Assembly (NCBI GenBank): GCA_934246625.1
Contig: CAKQHZ010000001.1
Location: 330,001-362,000 of the forward strand
Reading direction: 5' to 3'
From: an uncultured Alphaproteobacteria bacterium
Lineage (GTDB): Bacteria > Pseudomonadota > Alphaproteobacteria > Rs-D84 > CACZYB01
Length of the DNA: 32,000 bases
Position numbers and translations under genes: made by a program. Positions 1 to 10,078 of this stretch are shown piece by piece; within the stretch, counting starts at the first letter, position 1; the number at the start of each line of letters is the position of its first letter. The notes under the pieces were generated by a model. It was not told the origin of the DNA, did not search any database, and saw nothing but the letters and a program-made list of their open reading frames with translations.

Positions 1-2
1 AT

Positions 3-2102
3 TATGCACACCAACATAATAAAAAGGTTTATGTCGCAATCAATACCGTTATTCAAAATAATGAAATTCCTGAATTGTTGGAAAAACTTGCCCTTGTAAA
101 AGATGCAAAAGTTGATGCTCTTATAATTCAAGATTTCGGTGTTGTGGACCTTATCAAACAATATTTCCCAGAATTAGAAATGCACGCAAGCACTCAAATG
201 GCTGTGCACAATTTAGATGGGGCAATCGCACTTAAAAATCTTGGGTTTTCAAGATGTGTTCTTGCCAGAGAATTATCATTAAATGAAATTGAAAATATTA
301 CAAAAAATTGTGGTATAGAAACCGAAGTATTTATCCATGGAGCTCTTTGTTATTCATACAGCGGACTTTGTATGTATTCTTCTTTTGTAAAGGGAGAATC
401 TGCAAATCGTGGTAAATGCACCTATCCATGCAGAAAACTTTATGACGGCGACCACCCTTATGCAATGAAGGATTTATGCCTTGGCAATGATGTAAAAAAA
501 CTTTGTGATATTGGGGTTGCATCTCTTAAAATAGAAGGTCGAAAAAAAACTCCGTTATATGTATCTGCAACAACCGATTATTACCGAAAAATACTTGATG
601 AAAAAGATACAAAAGGTTTAATTGAAAATATAAAGCGAATCTTTGCACGACCATTTACAGAACTTCATTTTAATGGGAAAAACAAAGATGTTATTGATAG
701 AGATTTTTCGGGTCCTCGTGGACTTTTTATTGGAAAAATTTCAAATGTAAAGCGAAATTCTATTGTATTTAAAACTTTGTATCCTATATCAAAACACGAT
801 GGACTTTTAATTCCTGTGATGGGTAATGATAAACCTTTTGGATTTGCACTTGATAATATGAAAATCGCTGGAAAATATACCTTTATTGCAAACAAGGGTG
901 ATGTTGTGGAGGTCAAACTTCCTGATAATGCTCCAGATGTAAAGGTCGGAATGGAAGTATTTTGTGCATCTTCTATGGAAGTAAAGGGAAGTTATCCTTA
1001 TCAAATACCAGCTCTTGCTTCACTTTGCAAAAAGGAAAAAATTGACATTGCTGTAAAGCTAACAAATTCAAAAATTTCTGCATCTGCAGTAATTGATAAT
1101 AACAATATTATTGAGGAAATTGATGGTAGTTTTGATAAGGCTCAAAATTTAGAAAAGATGAAGGAAAGTTGCATTAACGCATTTTCAAAAATGGGTGATA
1201 CATCTTTTGAACTTGGTAATTTTGAATATGAAAATAACGGAGTATTTGCACCTATTTCAATTCTTAATAACCTAAGACGAAATTTGATGGAAAAGGTTGA
1301 AAATAAAAAATCAGAAAGAAAACTTTATATTCCAGAAGTTAAAAAATTTGTGGAAGGTGAAGTTGCAAAACCAAAAGCAATTATTAAAATTGATAATGAA
1401 AAATATTTGGATAAATTTGATTTGAATGACTTTGGCAATCTTTATGAAGTAATTATTGATATTGATGCGGACTTTTCCAATTTAAACCCAAATACTCCAA
1501 AAGATAAAATTAGAATTGCAATTCCAACTATTATTCGAAATGGTGCTATGCCACGAATAAAAGAAAAAATAAAGGACCTTTTATCAAAGGGATATAAGAA
1601 ATTTCAAATTGCAAATATTTCTGGATTAAATTTGATAAACGAATTTGGAATTGTTGATTTTACAACGGAATATCAACTTTATACACTTAACAATTTTGCA
1701 ATAGATTTTTGGAAGAATTGTGGAGCAAAACGAATCACTTTAAGTGTAGAAGACAGCAAAGAAAATATGAATTCTATACTTAAACATTTTGCACCAATAT
1801 GTGATGTAATTTGTTATCAAGATACTCCTTTATTCATTGCGGATAATTGTACTGGCGATTGTAAAAATTGTGGAAAAAAGGCAAATACTATTGTAAAACA
1901 TTGCCGAAATTTTGTTTTAACAGAAAAGCCATTTTGTTGTAATGGTAAAATTTCAGAACTTTTAAAACCATTTGCATACAGATACGATTTTTGTTTCAAA
2001 AAATACGATGCAATGGAAGTTGTAAAAATGTTTAGAAATCTTTTGGCTGGTAAAACACCAAATTCATTTACTATTGCAAATTTTGATAGAGGCTTTAAGT
2101 AA
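3..2102 (+). CDS. U32-family protein (peptidase U32 / Fe-S hydroxylase type), 5' end cut by window edge
   Basis: The frame is open from base 3, with no stop between 3 and 75. Upstream residues YAHQHNKKVYVAINTV fit the U32 N-terminal core, so the track's start at 75 is an artefact. A four-Cys motif C-x6-C-x15-C-x3-C (CYSYSGLC...CTYPC) lies at 348-431. There is an extra C-terminal Cys cluster (CTGDCKNCGKK...HC...CC). Confidence 0.8.
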   Translation, partial: YAHQHNKKVYVAINTVIQNNEIPELLEKLALVKDAKVDALIIQDFGVVDLIKQYFPELEMHASTQMAVHNLDGAIALKNLGFSRCVLARELSLNEIENITKNCGIETEVFIHGALCYSYSGLCMYSSFVKGESANRGKCTYPCRKLYDGDHPYAMKDLCLGNDVKKLCDIGVASLKIEGRKKTPLYVSATTDYYRKILDEKDTKGLIENIKRIFARPFTELHFNGKNKDVIDRDFSGPRGLFIGKISNVKRNSIVFKTLYPISKHDGLLIPVMGNDKPFGFALDNMKIAGKYTFIANKGDVVEVKLPDNAPDVKVGMEVFCASSMEVKGSYPYQIPALASLCKKEKIDIAVKLTNSKISASAVIDNNNIIEEIDGSFDKAQNLEKMKESCINAFSKMGDTSFELGNFEYENNGVFAPISILNNLRRNLMEKVENKKSERKLYIPEVKKFVEGEVAKPKAIIKIDNEKYLDKFDLNDFGNLYEVIIDIDADFSNLNPNTPKDKIRIAIPTIIRNGAMPRIKEKIKDLLSKGYKKFQIANISGLNLINEFGIVDFTTEYQLYTLNNFAIDFWKNCGAKRITLSVEDSKENMNSILKHFAPICDVICYQDTPLFIADNCTGDCKNCGKKANTIVKHCRNFVLTEKPFCCNGKISELLKPFAYRYDFCFKKYDAMEVVKMFRNLLAGKTPNSFTIANFDRGFK

Positions 2103-2103
2103 T

Positions 2104-2125
2104 AAAAAAGCCCTCTTTCGAGGGC
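2104..2125 (-). terminator. Rho-independent terminator downstream of fabG
   Basis: Hairpin GCCCTC-TTTC-GAGGGC (2110-2125). The A-run 2104-2109 on + gives a T-run after the stem on the minus strand. There is no T-run on the + side. Confidence 0.6.
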
Positions 2126-2136
2126 GGTAAAATAAA

Positions 2137-2874
2137 TTAAACTCTTAACATTCCACCATTTACATGGATTGTTTGACCAGTGATATAAGATGCTTCATCA
2201 CTTGCCAAAAAGACTGCTGAATTTGCAATATCCTTTGGTGTGCCGAATCTTTTTACTGGAATTTGTTCCATCATTTTATTTTTAATATCTTCTGGAAGAA
2301 CATCTGTCATTGGAGTTGAAATAAACCCAGGGGCAATACAATTTACTGTGATACCACGGCTTGCAACTTCGGTTGCAAGAGCTTTACTCATACCTGTAAG
2401 ACCTGCCTTTGTTGCACAATAGTTTGCTTGACCTGCATTTCCCATCCAACCAACAATAGATGTAATGTTGATAATTCTTCCGAAACGGTTTTTCATCATT
2501 GGTGTCAAAACTTCACGTGCAAGTTTAAAGCAAGCTGTTAAGTTCACATCAATCACAGATTGCCAATCTTCGTCCTTCATACGCATCATCAAAGTATCAC
2601 GTGTAAGACCTGCATTGTTGATAAGTATATCAATTTTACCAGTAATTTTCAAAGCATCTGCTACTAATGCCTTGATTTTTTCAGAATCTGATAAATCTGC
2701 TGGTATAGCATAAGCTCTGTCGCCAAGTTTTTCCTTTAATGTATTAAGGACATCTTCTTTACGACCTGTTAAAATAACGGTTGCCCCTTGGTTATAAAGT
2801 TCGGTTGCAATAGATTCACCAATACCACCTGTTGCTCCTGTGATAAGAGCTGTTTTTCCTGTTAAATCAAACAT
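2137..2874 (-). CDS. fabG: 3-oxoacyl-[ACP] reductase
   Basis: 245 aa classical SDR with TGATGGIG cofactor motif, NNAG, and YxxxK (YCATK). It ends in the HVNGGM typical of FabG and sits directly downstream of fabD. Confidence 0.9.
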   Translation of the reverse strand: MFDLTGKTALITGATGGIGESIATELYNQGATVILTGRKEDVLNTLKEKLGDRAYAIPADLSDSEKIKALVADALKITGKIDILINNAGLTRDTLMMRMKDEDWQSVIDVNLTACFKLAREVLTPMMKNRFGRIINITSIVGWMGNAGQANYCATKAGLTGMSKALATEVASRGITVNCIAPGFISTPMTDVLPEDIKNKMMEQIPVKRFGTPKDIANSAVFLASDEASYITGQTIHVNGGMLRV

Positions 2875-2887
2875 AATAGCTTTCTCC

Positions 2888-3829
2888 TTATAATGTTTTT
2901 AAAAATTCTGTTATTGCTTCGGTTGAACCGATTGCTTGTGATGTTGCCTTGTCTGTGCATCTTTTGATAAGTCCAGAAAGAACATTGCCAGCACCAATTT
3001 CAACAAAGCTGTCAACACCCTTTGATACCATAAAGTCTACACATTCACGGAAACGAACACCATTTACCATTTGTTCTGATAAATGAAGTTTTATATCAGC
3101 AGATTCCATATCAATATTTGCTGTGCGGTTTGAAACAAATGGAACGACTGGAGTTTTTAACATTGTTTCAGAAAGAACATGACCTATTGTTATTCTTGCA
3201 GATTCCATCAATGGACAATGTGCAGGAATTGAAACAGGCAATACAACACATTTTTTTGCACCCATTTCCTTTGCAATTACAGATGCACGTTCAATTGCGT
3301 CCTTATGTCCACTTACAACAATTTGTCCTGGGCAGTTATCATTTGCAACGGAAACTTTTGATGTTTCAGTTGATGCCTTTTCACATGCTTCAAATACATG
3401 TTCAGAATCCAAACCAATGATTGCCATCATTGCACCAAGTCCAGCAGGAACCGCTTCTGCCATTGACTTTGCACGGATTTGTAAAAGTCTTGCTCCTGTT
3501 GAAAGAGGTATTGCACCACTTGCAACCAAAGCAGAATATTCACCCAAAGAATGACCACAAACAAAATTACATAAATCTTGAATTTTTTTGCCACTTTGTG
3601 ATTCAATCACCTTTAGGGTCGCAATACTCATAGTCATAAGTGCAACTTGTGTATTTTCTGTTTTGTTTAATGCTTCGGCATCATCACCAAAAATTATATT
3701 TGTAAGTTTATATGAGAGGGCTTCATCAACTTCTTCAAAAACTTCCTTTGCTTCGATAAAGTTTTCATATAAGTCTTGACCCATTTTTAATTTTTGAGAG
3801 CCTTGTCCTGGAAATAAAAAAGCACGCAT
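2888..3829 (-). CDS. fabD: malonyl-CoA:ACP transacylase
   Basis: 313 aa with N-terminal FPGQGSQ and the active-site GHSLGEYSAL motif. It shows fabD-fabG synteny. Confidence 0.92.
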   Translation of the reverse strand: MRAFLFPGQGSQKLKMGQDLYENFIEAKEVFEEVDEALSYKLTNIIFGDDAEALNKTENTQVALMTMSIATLKVIESQSGKKIQDLCNFVCGHSLGEYSALVASGAIPLSTGARLLQIRAKSMAEAVPAGLGAMMAIIGLDSEHVFEACEKASTETSKVSVANDNCPGQIVVSGHKDAIERASVIAKEMGAKKCVVLPVSIPAHCPLMESARITIGHVLSETMLKTPVVPFVSNRTANIDMESADIKLHLSEQMVNGVRFRECVDFMVSKGVDSFVEIGAGNVLSGLIKRCTDKATSQAIGSTEAITEFLKTL

Positions 3830-3856
3830 TGTTTTTTCCTTTCGTTTTATATTAAA

Positions 3857-5122
3857 TTATAAATATTCTTTGCCATTCATATATGGACGAAGTTTTTCTG
3901 GAATTCGAACCTTTCCATCAGCTGTTTGATGATTTTCCAAAAATGGTGCAAGAATTCGAGGAGTTGCAATACCCGTGTTATTCAAAGTATAGCAATATTT
4001 TACCTTGTTTGTGCCATTTTCACGATAACGAATATTTGCACGTCTTGCTTGCCAATCTGTTAAATTTGAACAGCTGTGTGTTTCACGATATTTGTTTTGT
4101 GATGGAGTCCATGCTTCCAAATCATTCATTTTATATTTACCTAAACCCATATCACCAGTGCAACAATCAATTACCTGGTATGGAAGTTCCAAATCCTGTA
4201 AAACTTCTTCGGCTGTTGAAAGAAGGATTTCATACCATTTCTTACTTTCTGCTAAATCTGCTTTACAAATAACATATTGTTCAACCTTCATAAATTGGTG
4301 AAGACGGATAAGTCCGCGAACATCTTTTCCTGCGGAACCAGCTTCTCGTCTGAAACATGGTGAATAACCAGCATAAAGAATTGGAAGTTGAGATTCGTCA
4401 AGAATTTCATCTTTGTGAAGTGAAGTTAACACAATTTCAGCTGTGCCTGATAAATACATATTATCCTTTTCAAGATAGTATACATCTTCACGACCATCTG
4501 GGAAATGACCTGTGCCAAACAAGGCATCTTCGTTCACCATAGATGGAACTGTTATCATTGTGAAACCCTTTGCAGTTAATTTATCCATCATATACATGTG
4601 AAGTGCGATTTCCAAACGAGATGCAGCACCCTTTAATGAATAAGAACGTGAACCACAAACCTTTGCAACACGTTTGAAATCAGCCCAATTATTCATTTCA
4701 AGTAAATCATAGTGATCACGTGGTTCAAAATCAAATTTACGTGGTGTGCCAACTTTACGAATTACAACATTTTCACTGTCATCACGGCCAACAGGAACTT
4801 CGTCAGCAGGGATATTTGGCATACGCCATAACATATCTTCGTATTGTGGTTTTTTTGTTGAAAGTTCACTTTCATAAATGCTTATTTTATCAGAAAGTTC
4901 ACGTGAATTTTCAATAGCTTGTTTTTTTGCATCATCTTTAAGAGATGGAATTTGTGAAGTAATTGCGTTTTTTGCTTCTCTTAAATCTTGAAGTTTTTTA
5001 TTGATTTCAGAAATTTCTTCATCAAGTTTAAGCATTACATCAAGGTCAATATTAACATTTTTGTTTTTAATTGCCTTTTTTACAATATCTGGGTTTTCTC
5101 TTATAAATTTTATATCTAACAT
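3857..5122 (-). CDS. serS: seryl-tRNA synthetase
   Basis: 421 aa. MLDIKFIRENP start with an N-terminal coiled-coil arm. Class II core motifs are present (FRRE, GLIRLHQF, ...TLNNTGIATPR). Confidence 0.95.
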   Translation of the reverse strand: MLDIKFIRENPDIVKKAIKNKNVNIDLDVMLKLDEEISEINKKLQDLREAKNAITSQIPSLKDDAKKQAIENSRELSDKISIYESELSTKKPQYEDMLWRMPNIPADEVPVGRDDSENVVIRKVGTPRKFDFEPRDHYDLLEMNNWADFKRVAKVCGSRSYSLKGAASRLEIALHMYMMDKLTAKGFTMITVPSMVNEDALFGTGHFPDGREDVYYLEKDNMYLSGTAEIVLTSLHKDEILDESQLPILYAGYSPCFRREAGSAGKDVRGLIRLHQFMKVEQYVICKADLAESKKWYEILLSTAEEVLQDLELPYQVIDCCTGDMGLGKYKMNDLEAWTPSQNKYRETHSCSNLTDWQARRANIRYRENGTNKVKYCYTLNNTGIATPRILAPFLENHQTADGKVRIPEKLRPYMNGKEYL

Positions 5123-5182
5123 CTTTTTTACCTTTGTTGTTTAATTCTTGTAAATTATATAAAAATTATTATAAATAATCAA

Positions 5183-6628
5183 TTATGAATTTATTTCAGA
5201 TGGGTCCAACAAATTTCCGTTTACTTCCTCTGGTTCTTCTTCTAATAAATTACCATTGACTTCAACTTCGGGTTCATCTGGAACATTATGATTGATACCA
5301 AGCAAAGATTGCGAGAATAAATCAGATTGTGAATATTTCTTTTCTTGAGATTTTGCTGTAAAAGTATCAATACGATTTCCGATATTTTCATCTTGGAGTT
5401 GGTATTTTTCGGTCTTTTCCTTTAGTTTTCGTTCCTTTCGTTTTGCCTCACGTTTTTCTGCTTCTTCTATCATTTTTCTTAAACGTTTTTTGTATGCAAA
5501 AACTTTTTTTCCTTCCATAAAACGGACAATATCGTCCCAAAGTTCGATTGTGTCAGGTGTGATAAATGAAACGGCATATCCTTTTTTCCCAGCACGACCA
5601 GTTCTTCCAATACGATGGACATAGTTTTCTGGAACCTCTGGCAAATCATAATTGATAACATTATCAATATGTGAAATATCAAGTCCACGAGCAGCGACAT
5701 CGGTTGCAATCAATGCCTTTATTTTACCTGTTTTAAAATCCTCTATCGCCTTATCACGACGTTCTTGTTTATATCCACCATGGATAGATACAACAGAAAA
5801 GAATTTTGAAAGTTTTTTCTCCATCAACTCAACTGCCTTTTGAGTTCTTACAAAAATAATGCAAGTGCCTTCTCTTTGTTTTAAAAGTTTGCACATAAAG
5901 TCAAATTTCTTTTCCTTATATATTTTAACGACTTCCTGTTCAATATCAGAAGACACAGAATTTGGTTTTCCAATATTTATTTTTTCAGGCTTTCTTAAAT
6001 ATCTTTTTGCAAGTGAGATAATTTCATTTGGAAAAGTTGCAGAAAACATCAATGTTTGACGTTTATATGGAGTTGTAAATCGCAAAATAGATTTAATTTG
6101 GTCAGCAAATCCCATATCCAACATTTTATCAGTTTCATCAAGAACGACATATTTAGTTTTATAAAGTTTTAAAGTTTTTCTTTTTAAATGGTCGTTAAGT
6201 CGTCCTGGGGTTCCAATAATAAATCTTGGTCCAGTTTTTAATATTTCAATTTGTGGTTCAATTTCTGTGCCACCGATAAGTAAGGCTGTTTTTTCATTTG
6301 TTCCTTCAAGCATTTGACGAAAAACTTCATCAATTTGTTCAGCAAGTTCACGAGTAGGAGCAATCACCAAAGCATATCGATTTTTAAATTGTAATAATTT
6401 TTCAATTATAGGTATTGCAAAGGCACCTGTTTTTCCACTTCCTGTTTGTGCAGATGCAAGAACATCTTTTCCCCTTAAAATAAATGGAATTGTTTGTTTT
6501 TGCACAGGTGTTGGGTGTAAATAACCTATACGTTTTATTATCTTACACATACGAAATGACAATCCCAATGCAAGGAATGAATTTGGTTTTATTATTCCGA
6601 CGATTTTGTAAAATAATTTTTTCATCAT
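5183..6628 (-). CDS. DEAD-box ATP-dependent RNA helicase (RhlE-like) with acidic/basic C-terminal tail
   Basis: Q-motif (PTPVQKQ), Walker A AQTGSGKT, DETD in place of DEAD, SAT, and HRIGRTGRAG. The K/E-rich tail ends in a short EVNGNLL duplication. Confidence 0.9.
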   Translation of the reverse strand: MMKKLFYKIVGIIKPNSFLALGLSFRMCKIIKRIGYLHPTPVQKQTIPFILRGKDVLASAQTGSGKTGAFAIPIIEKLLQFKNRYALVIAPTRELAEQIDEVFRQMLEGTNEKTALLIGGTEIEPQIEILKTGPRFIIGTPGRLNDHLKRKTLKLYKTKYVVLDETDKMLDMGFADQIKSILRFTTPYKRQTLMFSATFPNEIISLAKRYLRKPEKINIGKPNSVSSDIEQEVVKIYKEKKFDFMCKLLKQREGTCIIFVRTQKAVELMEKKLSKFFSVVSIHGGYKQERRDKAIEDFKTGKIKALIATDVAARGLDISHIDNVINYDLPEVPENYVHRIGRTGRAGKKGYAVSFITPDTIELWDDIVRFMEGKKVFAYKKRLRKMIEEAEKREAKRKERKLKEKTEKYQLQDENIGNRIDTFTAKSQEKKYSQSDLFSQSLLGINHNVPDEPEVEVNGNLLEEEPEEVNGNLLDPSEINS

Positions 6629-6638
6629 TTAGAATTCC

Positions 6639-7898
6639 CTAATTATTCATTGTCATAAAAAATTCTTTGTTTGATTCTGTATGCTTTATTTTTTCAAGCA
6701 AGAAATCCATTGCATCGCTTGCACCCATGGAAACTAAGATACGGCGAAGAACCCACATCTTTTGCAATGTTTCTGTATCAACAAGCAATTCTTCCTTACG
6801 TGTGCCAGATTTTGTGACATCAATCGCTGGGAATGTTCTTTTATCAGAAAGTTTTCTATCAAGAACGATTTCAGAATTACCTGTGCCCTTGAATTCTTCA
6901 AAAATAACTTCGTCCATACGAGAACCTGTATCAACAAGAGCAGTTGCAATAATTGTTAAACTTCCACCCTCTTCCACATTTCGTGCGGCACCTAAAACAC
7001 GTTTTGGACGTTGAAGAGCATTAGCATCAACACCACCTGTTAAAACCTTTCCACTGCTTGGCACAACAGCATTATATGCACGACCAAGTCGAGTAATAGA
7101 ATCAAGTAAAATTACAACGTCGTGTTTATATTCAACTAAACGTTTTGCCTTTTCCATTACCATTTCAACAACTTGGACATGGCGAGTTGCAGGTTCATCA
7201 AAAGTTGAACTTATTACTTCGCCTTGGATTGAACGTTTCATATCGGTAACTTCCTCTGGACGTTCATCAATAAGCAAAACTATTAAATAAATTTCTGGGT
7301 GATTTGTTGTAATTGCATGTGCAATATTTTGAAGCATTACTGTTTTACCAGTTTTTGGTGGAGCAACAATCAAACTTCTTTGTCCCTTGCCTTGAGGAGC
7401 TACCAAATCAATAATTCGAGTTGTAAAATCTGGTTTCTTTGGATTTACAACTGGCATTTCAAAATTTAATTTTGTTTGTGGATAAAGTGGTGTTAAATCA
7501 TCAAAGTGAACACGATGTTTTGATTTTTTTGGATCTTCAAAATTGATTGTTTTTACATTATCAAGTGCAAAGTATTTTTCATTGCTTTTTGGTGCACGTA
7601 AATCCCCCTCTACTGTATCACCATTTTTAAGACTGTTCTTTTTTATCAATGCAGGTGATACATATATATCATCAGGACCAGCAAGGTAATTAGAATCTTT
7701 TGAACGAAGGAAGCCATATCCATCAGGCATAATTTCCAATACGCCCTCACCAACCAAAGTTTCCTTTAATGAAATCTTTTTTAAAATGTTAAAACGAAGA
7801 TTTTGTGTATCATAAGCAGTTGGGTTTTCGATACCTTCCTTTTCAGCTAAATCAATAAGATATGCTGGAGTTTTTTCTCTTAATTCTTTTATGTGCAT
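6639..7898 (-). CDS. rho: transcription termination factor Rho
   Basis: 419 aa with an N-terminal Rho_N ([12 protein letters not shown]), an RNA-binding CSD-like region ([14 protein letters not shown]), and P-loop APPKTGKT. It is 10 nt upstream of the helicase gene. Confidence 0.95.
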   Translation of the reverse strand: MHIKELREKTPAYLIDLAEKEGIENPTAYDTQNLRFNILKKISLKETLVGEGVLEIMPDGYGFLRSKDSNYLAGPDDIYVSPALIKKNSLKNGDTVEGDLRAPKSNEKYFALDNVKTINFEDPKKSKHRVHFDDLTPLYPQTKLNFEMPVVNPKKPDFTTRIIDLVAPQGKGQRSLIVAPPKTGKTVMLQNIAHAITTNHPEIYLIVLLIDERPEEVTDMKRSIQGEVISSTFDEPATRHVQVVEMVMEKAKRLVEYKHDVVILLDSITRLGRAYNAVVPSSGKVLTGGVDANALQRPKRVLGAARNVEEGGSLTIIATALVDTGSRMDEVIFEEFKGTGNSEIVLDRKLSDKRTFPAIDVTKSGTRKEELLVDTETLQKMWVLRRILVSMGASDAMDFLLEKIKHTESNKEFFMTMNN

Positions 7899-8130
7899 TT
7901 AAAATTACCTTCCTTTAGGATTTTTTGAATTTTAATTGATTTTATTGAGATAAATAAAAGACAAAATTCTTTTATTGTTTCGAATCTTATAATAAAAAAT
8001 GAAAACTGTCAATTACATTTTGTATTTAAAAATCAAAGAAGTTAAACCTATGGATTTTTTATAAAATGATATTGATTTTATATAAAAAAATAGTATATTC
8101 ATAAAGGTTTTAACTAAATAAAGGTATAAA

Positions 8131-9114
8131 ATGAGTCCAGAAAATTTAGAATTTGTTATACTTGCTGCTGGTAAATCTACACGAAACTATCCTCACTCAA
8201 AGGGGATTCCACATAAATCATTGGTTCCATTTGGTTCAAGAAAAATTATCGACTTTATTATGAGTCAAATAATACTTGCGGGTGGAAAACATATTACTAT
8301 TGTTGTGGCTGATGATGCTGCGATTGAAGCATTTCACAACTGTTTCGTTCGTGAACCAGAAATTGAAAGCAAATTTGAAGCAAAGGGTAATTTAACAGGT
8401 CTTGAACTTCTTCAAAGTTTATATGTGCCTGATGATGTCGATATTAAATATTTTATTCAATCAAAACCTCGTGGAACTGGTCATGCTGTTGGACTTGTTT
8501 ATAATACAATCAAAGACACAGGTCGAAATATTGTTATGATTTGGCCAGATGATATTGTTTTGGCTGATAAATATGCAGAAAATCCAGAAGACAGAATCCC
8601 TGTATATAAACGTGCTGTTGATACATATATTAAAAATGGTGGCTATGGAAATCTTGGTATGACACGACCAGTTGAAGATCCTTCTCGTTGGGGTATCATT
8701 GATAATGGATACTTTAAGGAAAAGCCAAAAGAATCAGTTTCAAATCAGGCTGCATTTGGTTTGTTTATTTTTGATAAAGAAGTTTGTAAAAAACTTTATG
8801 ATTCAGCAATGAAAATGAATGAAGGTAAGGCCGTTGAAGGTATTGTCGGTGGCGAACTTGCCTTTGCTGATGCGTTAAACAAAACAATAGATGAAAATCC
8901 TGAAAAAATGAAAATTCAAACTCTTTCAATAAAACCTACTGATGTATATCTTGATTGTGGTAGTATTGAAGGATATGAAAAAGCCTTGCTATATACACTT
9001 TTAACCGAATCTAAATTTAAAGCTCAAAATGTTAAATTTATTGATTCCATACTTGCTAAAATTAAGAAAGACCTAAACAGAGAGGAAAAGGAAAAAAATG
9101 TTAACTTCAAATGA
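8131..9114 (+). CDS. divergent GalU-like sugar-1-phosphate nucleotidyltransferase, paralog 1
   Basis: The N-terminal LAAGKSTRNYPHSKGIPHKSL aligns with the GalU signature AGLGTRxLPATKAIPKEML. KPRGTGHA, WPDDIV and FKEKP are also GalU-like (GLGHA, LxDD, VEKP). Confidence 0.75.
   Translation: MSPENLEFVILAAGKSTRNYPHSKGIPHKSLVPFGSRKIIDFIMSQIILAGGKHITIVVADDAAIEAFHNCFVREPEIESKFEAKGNLTGLELLQSLYVPDDVDIKYFIQSKPRGTGHAVGLVYNTIKDTGRNIVMIWPDDIVLADKYAENPEDRIPVYKRAVDTYIKNGGYGNLGMTRPVEDPSRWGIIDNGYFKEKPKESVSNQAAFGLFIFDKEVCKKLYDSAMKMNEGKAVEGIVGGELAFADALNKTIDENPEKMKIQTLSIKPTDVYLDCGSIEGYEKALLYTLLTESKFKAQNVKFIDSILAKIKKDLNREEKEKNVNFK
8164..8219 (+). repeat. near-identical nucleotide tract shared by the two GalU-like genes (partner 9134-9189)
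   Basis: 56 nt with a single mismatch by eye: GCTGCTGGTAAATCTACACGAAA[C/T]TATCCTCACTCAAAGGGGATTCCACATAAATC. The rest of the two genes is far more diverged. Confidence 0.8.
8398..8438 (+). repeat. identical nucleotide tract shared by the two GalU-like genes (partner 9368-9408)
   Basis: 41 nt identical by eye: GGTCTTGAACTTCTTCAAAGTTTATATGTGCCTGATGATGT, encoding GLELLQSLYVPDDV. Confidence 0.8.
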
Positions 9115-10063
9115 TTTAGAATTTATTATTTTAGCTGCTGGTAAATCTACACGAAATTATCCTCACTCAAAGGGGATTCCACATAAATCTTTGATACCAC
9201 TTGGTTCAAGAAAAGTTATCGACCATATTATTCGTGAACTTATTTCTTCTGGTGCAAAGCATATTACTATTGTATGTAGTGATGAAAAGGCAAAGGAAGC
9301 ATTCGAACTTTGTTTTACAAAGGAACAAAAAATTGAAGATAAGTTCAAAAAGAATGGAAACATTATTGGTCTTGAACTTCTTCAAAGTTTATATGTGCCT
9401 GATGATGTGGAAATTAAGTATGTTATTCAAAAGGAACCTAAAGGACTTGGCCATGCAATAGGACTTGCAAACAAAGTGGCAAATGGTCGCCATCTTGTTG
9501 TGCGTGTGCCTGATGATATTGTGTTGCCAAATCATTGCTCTCCTGATAGCGAGTTAAGAAAACCTGCTGTAAGAAGATGTATTGAAAAATATCTTGCCGA
9601 TGGTGTGGGTGGTAATATGTTTATTACTCGCCATGTAAAGGACCCTTCACGTTGGGGCATTATTGAAGATGGTATATTCAAAGAAAAACCAAAAGAATCA
9701 AAATCTGATGAAGCATTCCATACTTTGGCAATACTTGATAAAAAAGTCGGTAAGCGTTTAGAAGAAGTTGCTGAAAAAATTGATACTGTTGGCACTGAAG
9801 AATATGACCTTTGGGCAAAGGAAGGTAAAGAAATTCATTTTGATAAATATCTTAATGAAGAAGTTCAAAAGGACCCTAAAAATATGGCAATAAGAACTTT
9901 CCCTATTGCAAAAACAGATACTTATCTTGATTGTGGAACTTTGCAAGGTTATGAAGAGGCTTTGCTTTACACTCTTTTAAAAGAATCTGTATTTAAGGAA
10001 AGAAATAAGGAAATTGCTCAAATACTCCTTATCGATTGCCTTTTGGAAGATGAAAATAAGTAA
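9098..10063 (+). CDS. divergent GalU-like sugar-1-phosphate nucleotidyltransferase, paralog 2
   Basis: It carries the same motifs as paralog 1 (LAAGKSTRNYPHSKGIPHKSL, KGLGHA, VPDDIV, FKEKP). It overlaps paralog 1 by 17 nt, and an RBS (GAGGAAAAGG) lies upstream of its ATG. Confidence 0.75.
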   Translation: MLTSNDLEFIILAAGKSTRNYPHSKGIPHKSLIPLGSRKVIDHIIRELISSGAKHITIVCSDEKAKEAFELCFTKEQKIEDKFKKNGNIIGLELLQSLYVPDDVEIKYVIQKEPKGLGHAIGLANKVANGRHLVVRVPDDIVLPNHCSPDSELRKPAVRRCIEKYLADGVGGNMFITRHVKDPSRWGIIEDGIFKEKPKESKSDEAFHTLAILDKKVGKRLEEVAEKIDTVGTEEYDLWAKEGKEIHFDKYLNEEVQKDPKNMAIRTFPIAKTDTYLDCGTLQGYEEALLYTLLKESVFKERNKEIAQILLIDCLLEDENK

Positions 10064-10078
10064 TTATGGAATAGTTGT

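Noticed and set aside
5186-5275. Short tandem duplication EVNGNLL(E/D) at the C-terminus of the DEAD-box helicase.
   Set aside because: Only two copies sit in a low-complexity tail. DEAD-box C-terminal extensions are commonly repetitive, so it is not evidence of a separate feature.
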